Of a DNA stretch of 64,000 nucleotides, positions 63,440 to 64,000 are shown one piece after another. The notes beneath the pieces are model-generated. The model made no database searches. It was not told where the DNA came from and saw nothing but the letters and a program-made list of their open reading frames with translations. The position numbers were made by a program, and so were the translations under genes. This DNA comes from Azolla caroliniana (Eukaryota; Plantae; Polypodiophyta). The stretch lies in assembly GCA_043228905.1 (NCBI GenBank), contig JBHGNT010000005.1, positions 18,724,001 through 18,788,000 of the forward strand. Reading direction: 5' to 3'. Each line of letters starts with the position of its first letter. The first letter of the stretch is position 1.

Positions 63440-64000
63440 GTCAACGCCGATCGTCGGCGTTTGAGCCGGTCCCCATACATCCGAGTGTATGACGTCGAGG
63501 AGGCCTTTGCTTGCGGAGCTCTCCTTTAGGAATGGGAGTCGATGTTGTTTGCCGAGTTGACATGCTTCGCATACTCGGTCGACTCGAATGTCGGAAGTCC
63601 GATGATGACTCCCTTTGTTTGCATAGCTTAGAGCCGTTGGAGGTTGATGTGGCTGATTCTCTTGTGCCACAACTCGATGTTCGTCTCGGTTTTGAGACCT
63701 TTAGCATACATGGCCGATTTCACCTCGTTCGAATCGAGGATGAACATGCGACCATCTCTTTGTCCCATGGCTATGAGTCGGCCATCTTTCTCGATGAAAC
63801 AACCTTCGTTGTTGAAGCGGACTTGCATGCTTTGCTCCACGATTTGGCCGACTGAGACCAAATTCTTCGTTATTGTGGGAACGTGCAAGACATTCTTGAT
63901 GCAAGTTTGTTCACCGTCTTTCCCGAATGGGACATTGCCGATGTGCTGAATGGGTTGTGTGGTGTCGTCACCCGTCTCTATGACGCCGGGTCGATCGGGT
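63440..64000 (-). mobile_element. Copia fragment (protease end, GAG-pre-integrase, integrase start), different family
   Basis: 'HVPTITKNLVSVGQI', 'ELWHKRISHIN', 'CEACQLGKQHRLPF...LDVIHSDVWGP'. It abuts a MITE end at 63405-63440. Confidence 0.88.

Overview
Land-plant nuclear DNA. The retroelement types suggest a non-seed plant, which is inference. One intact-looking host gene is present: a 2-exon LRR receptor-like kinase (3077-6473 + 7470-7960, about 1295 aa, 28 LRRs). Its kinase lacks the catalytic Asp (HGN instead of HRD) and has DFS and a degenerate Gly-loop, so it is a probable pseudokinase, and an ABRE/G-box cluster lies upstream. From about 9.8 kb to the end the window is a transposon graveyard that can largely be rebuilt from LTR ends and target-site duplications (TSDs). 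It contains two LINE relics, a four-level Copia/Gypsy nest (13080-29434) and a near-complete Copia (32268-37731). It also contains chromovirus integrase-chromodomain fragments, non-chromo Gypsy elements carrying a conserved extra ORF, a Tcn1/Tf1-sushi-like Gypsy, and six hAT-type MITEs with 8-bp TSDs. The most notable signals are: (1) the Tcn1-like LTR, which combines a heat-shock-element array, a self-priming signature and a tRNA-like A/B-box segment; (2) an accessory ORF conserved between divergent Gypsy elements; (3) a 1.9-kb non-coding LTR element with a 4-bp TSD and tandem hairpin repeats; (4) the large-ectodomain receptor pseudokinase. All coordinates and alignments were read by eye and no database searches were run.
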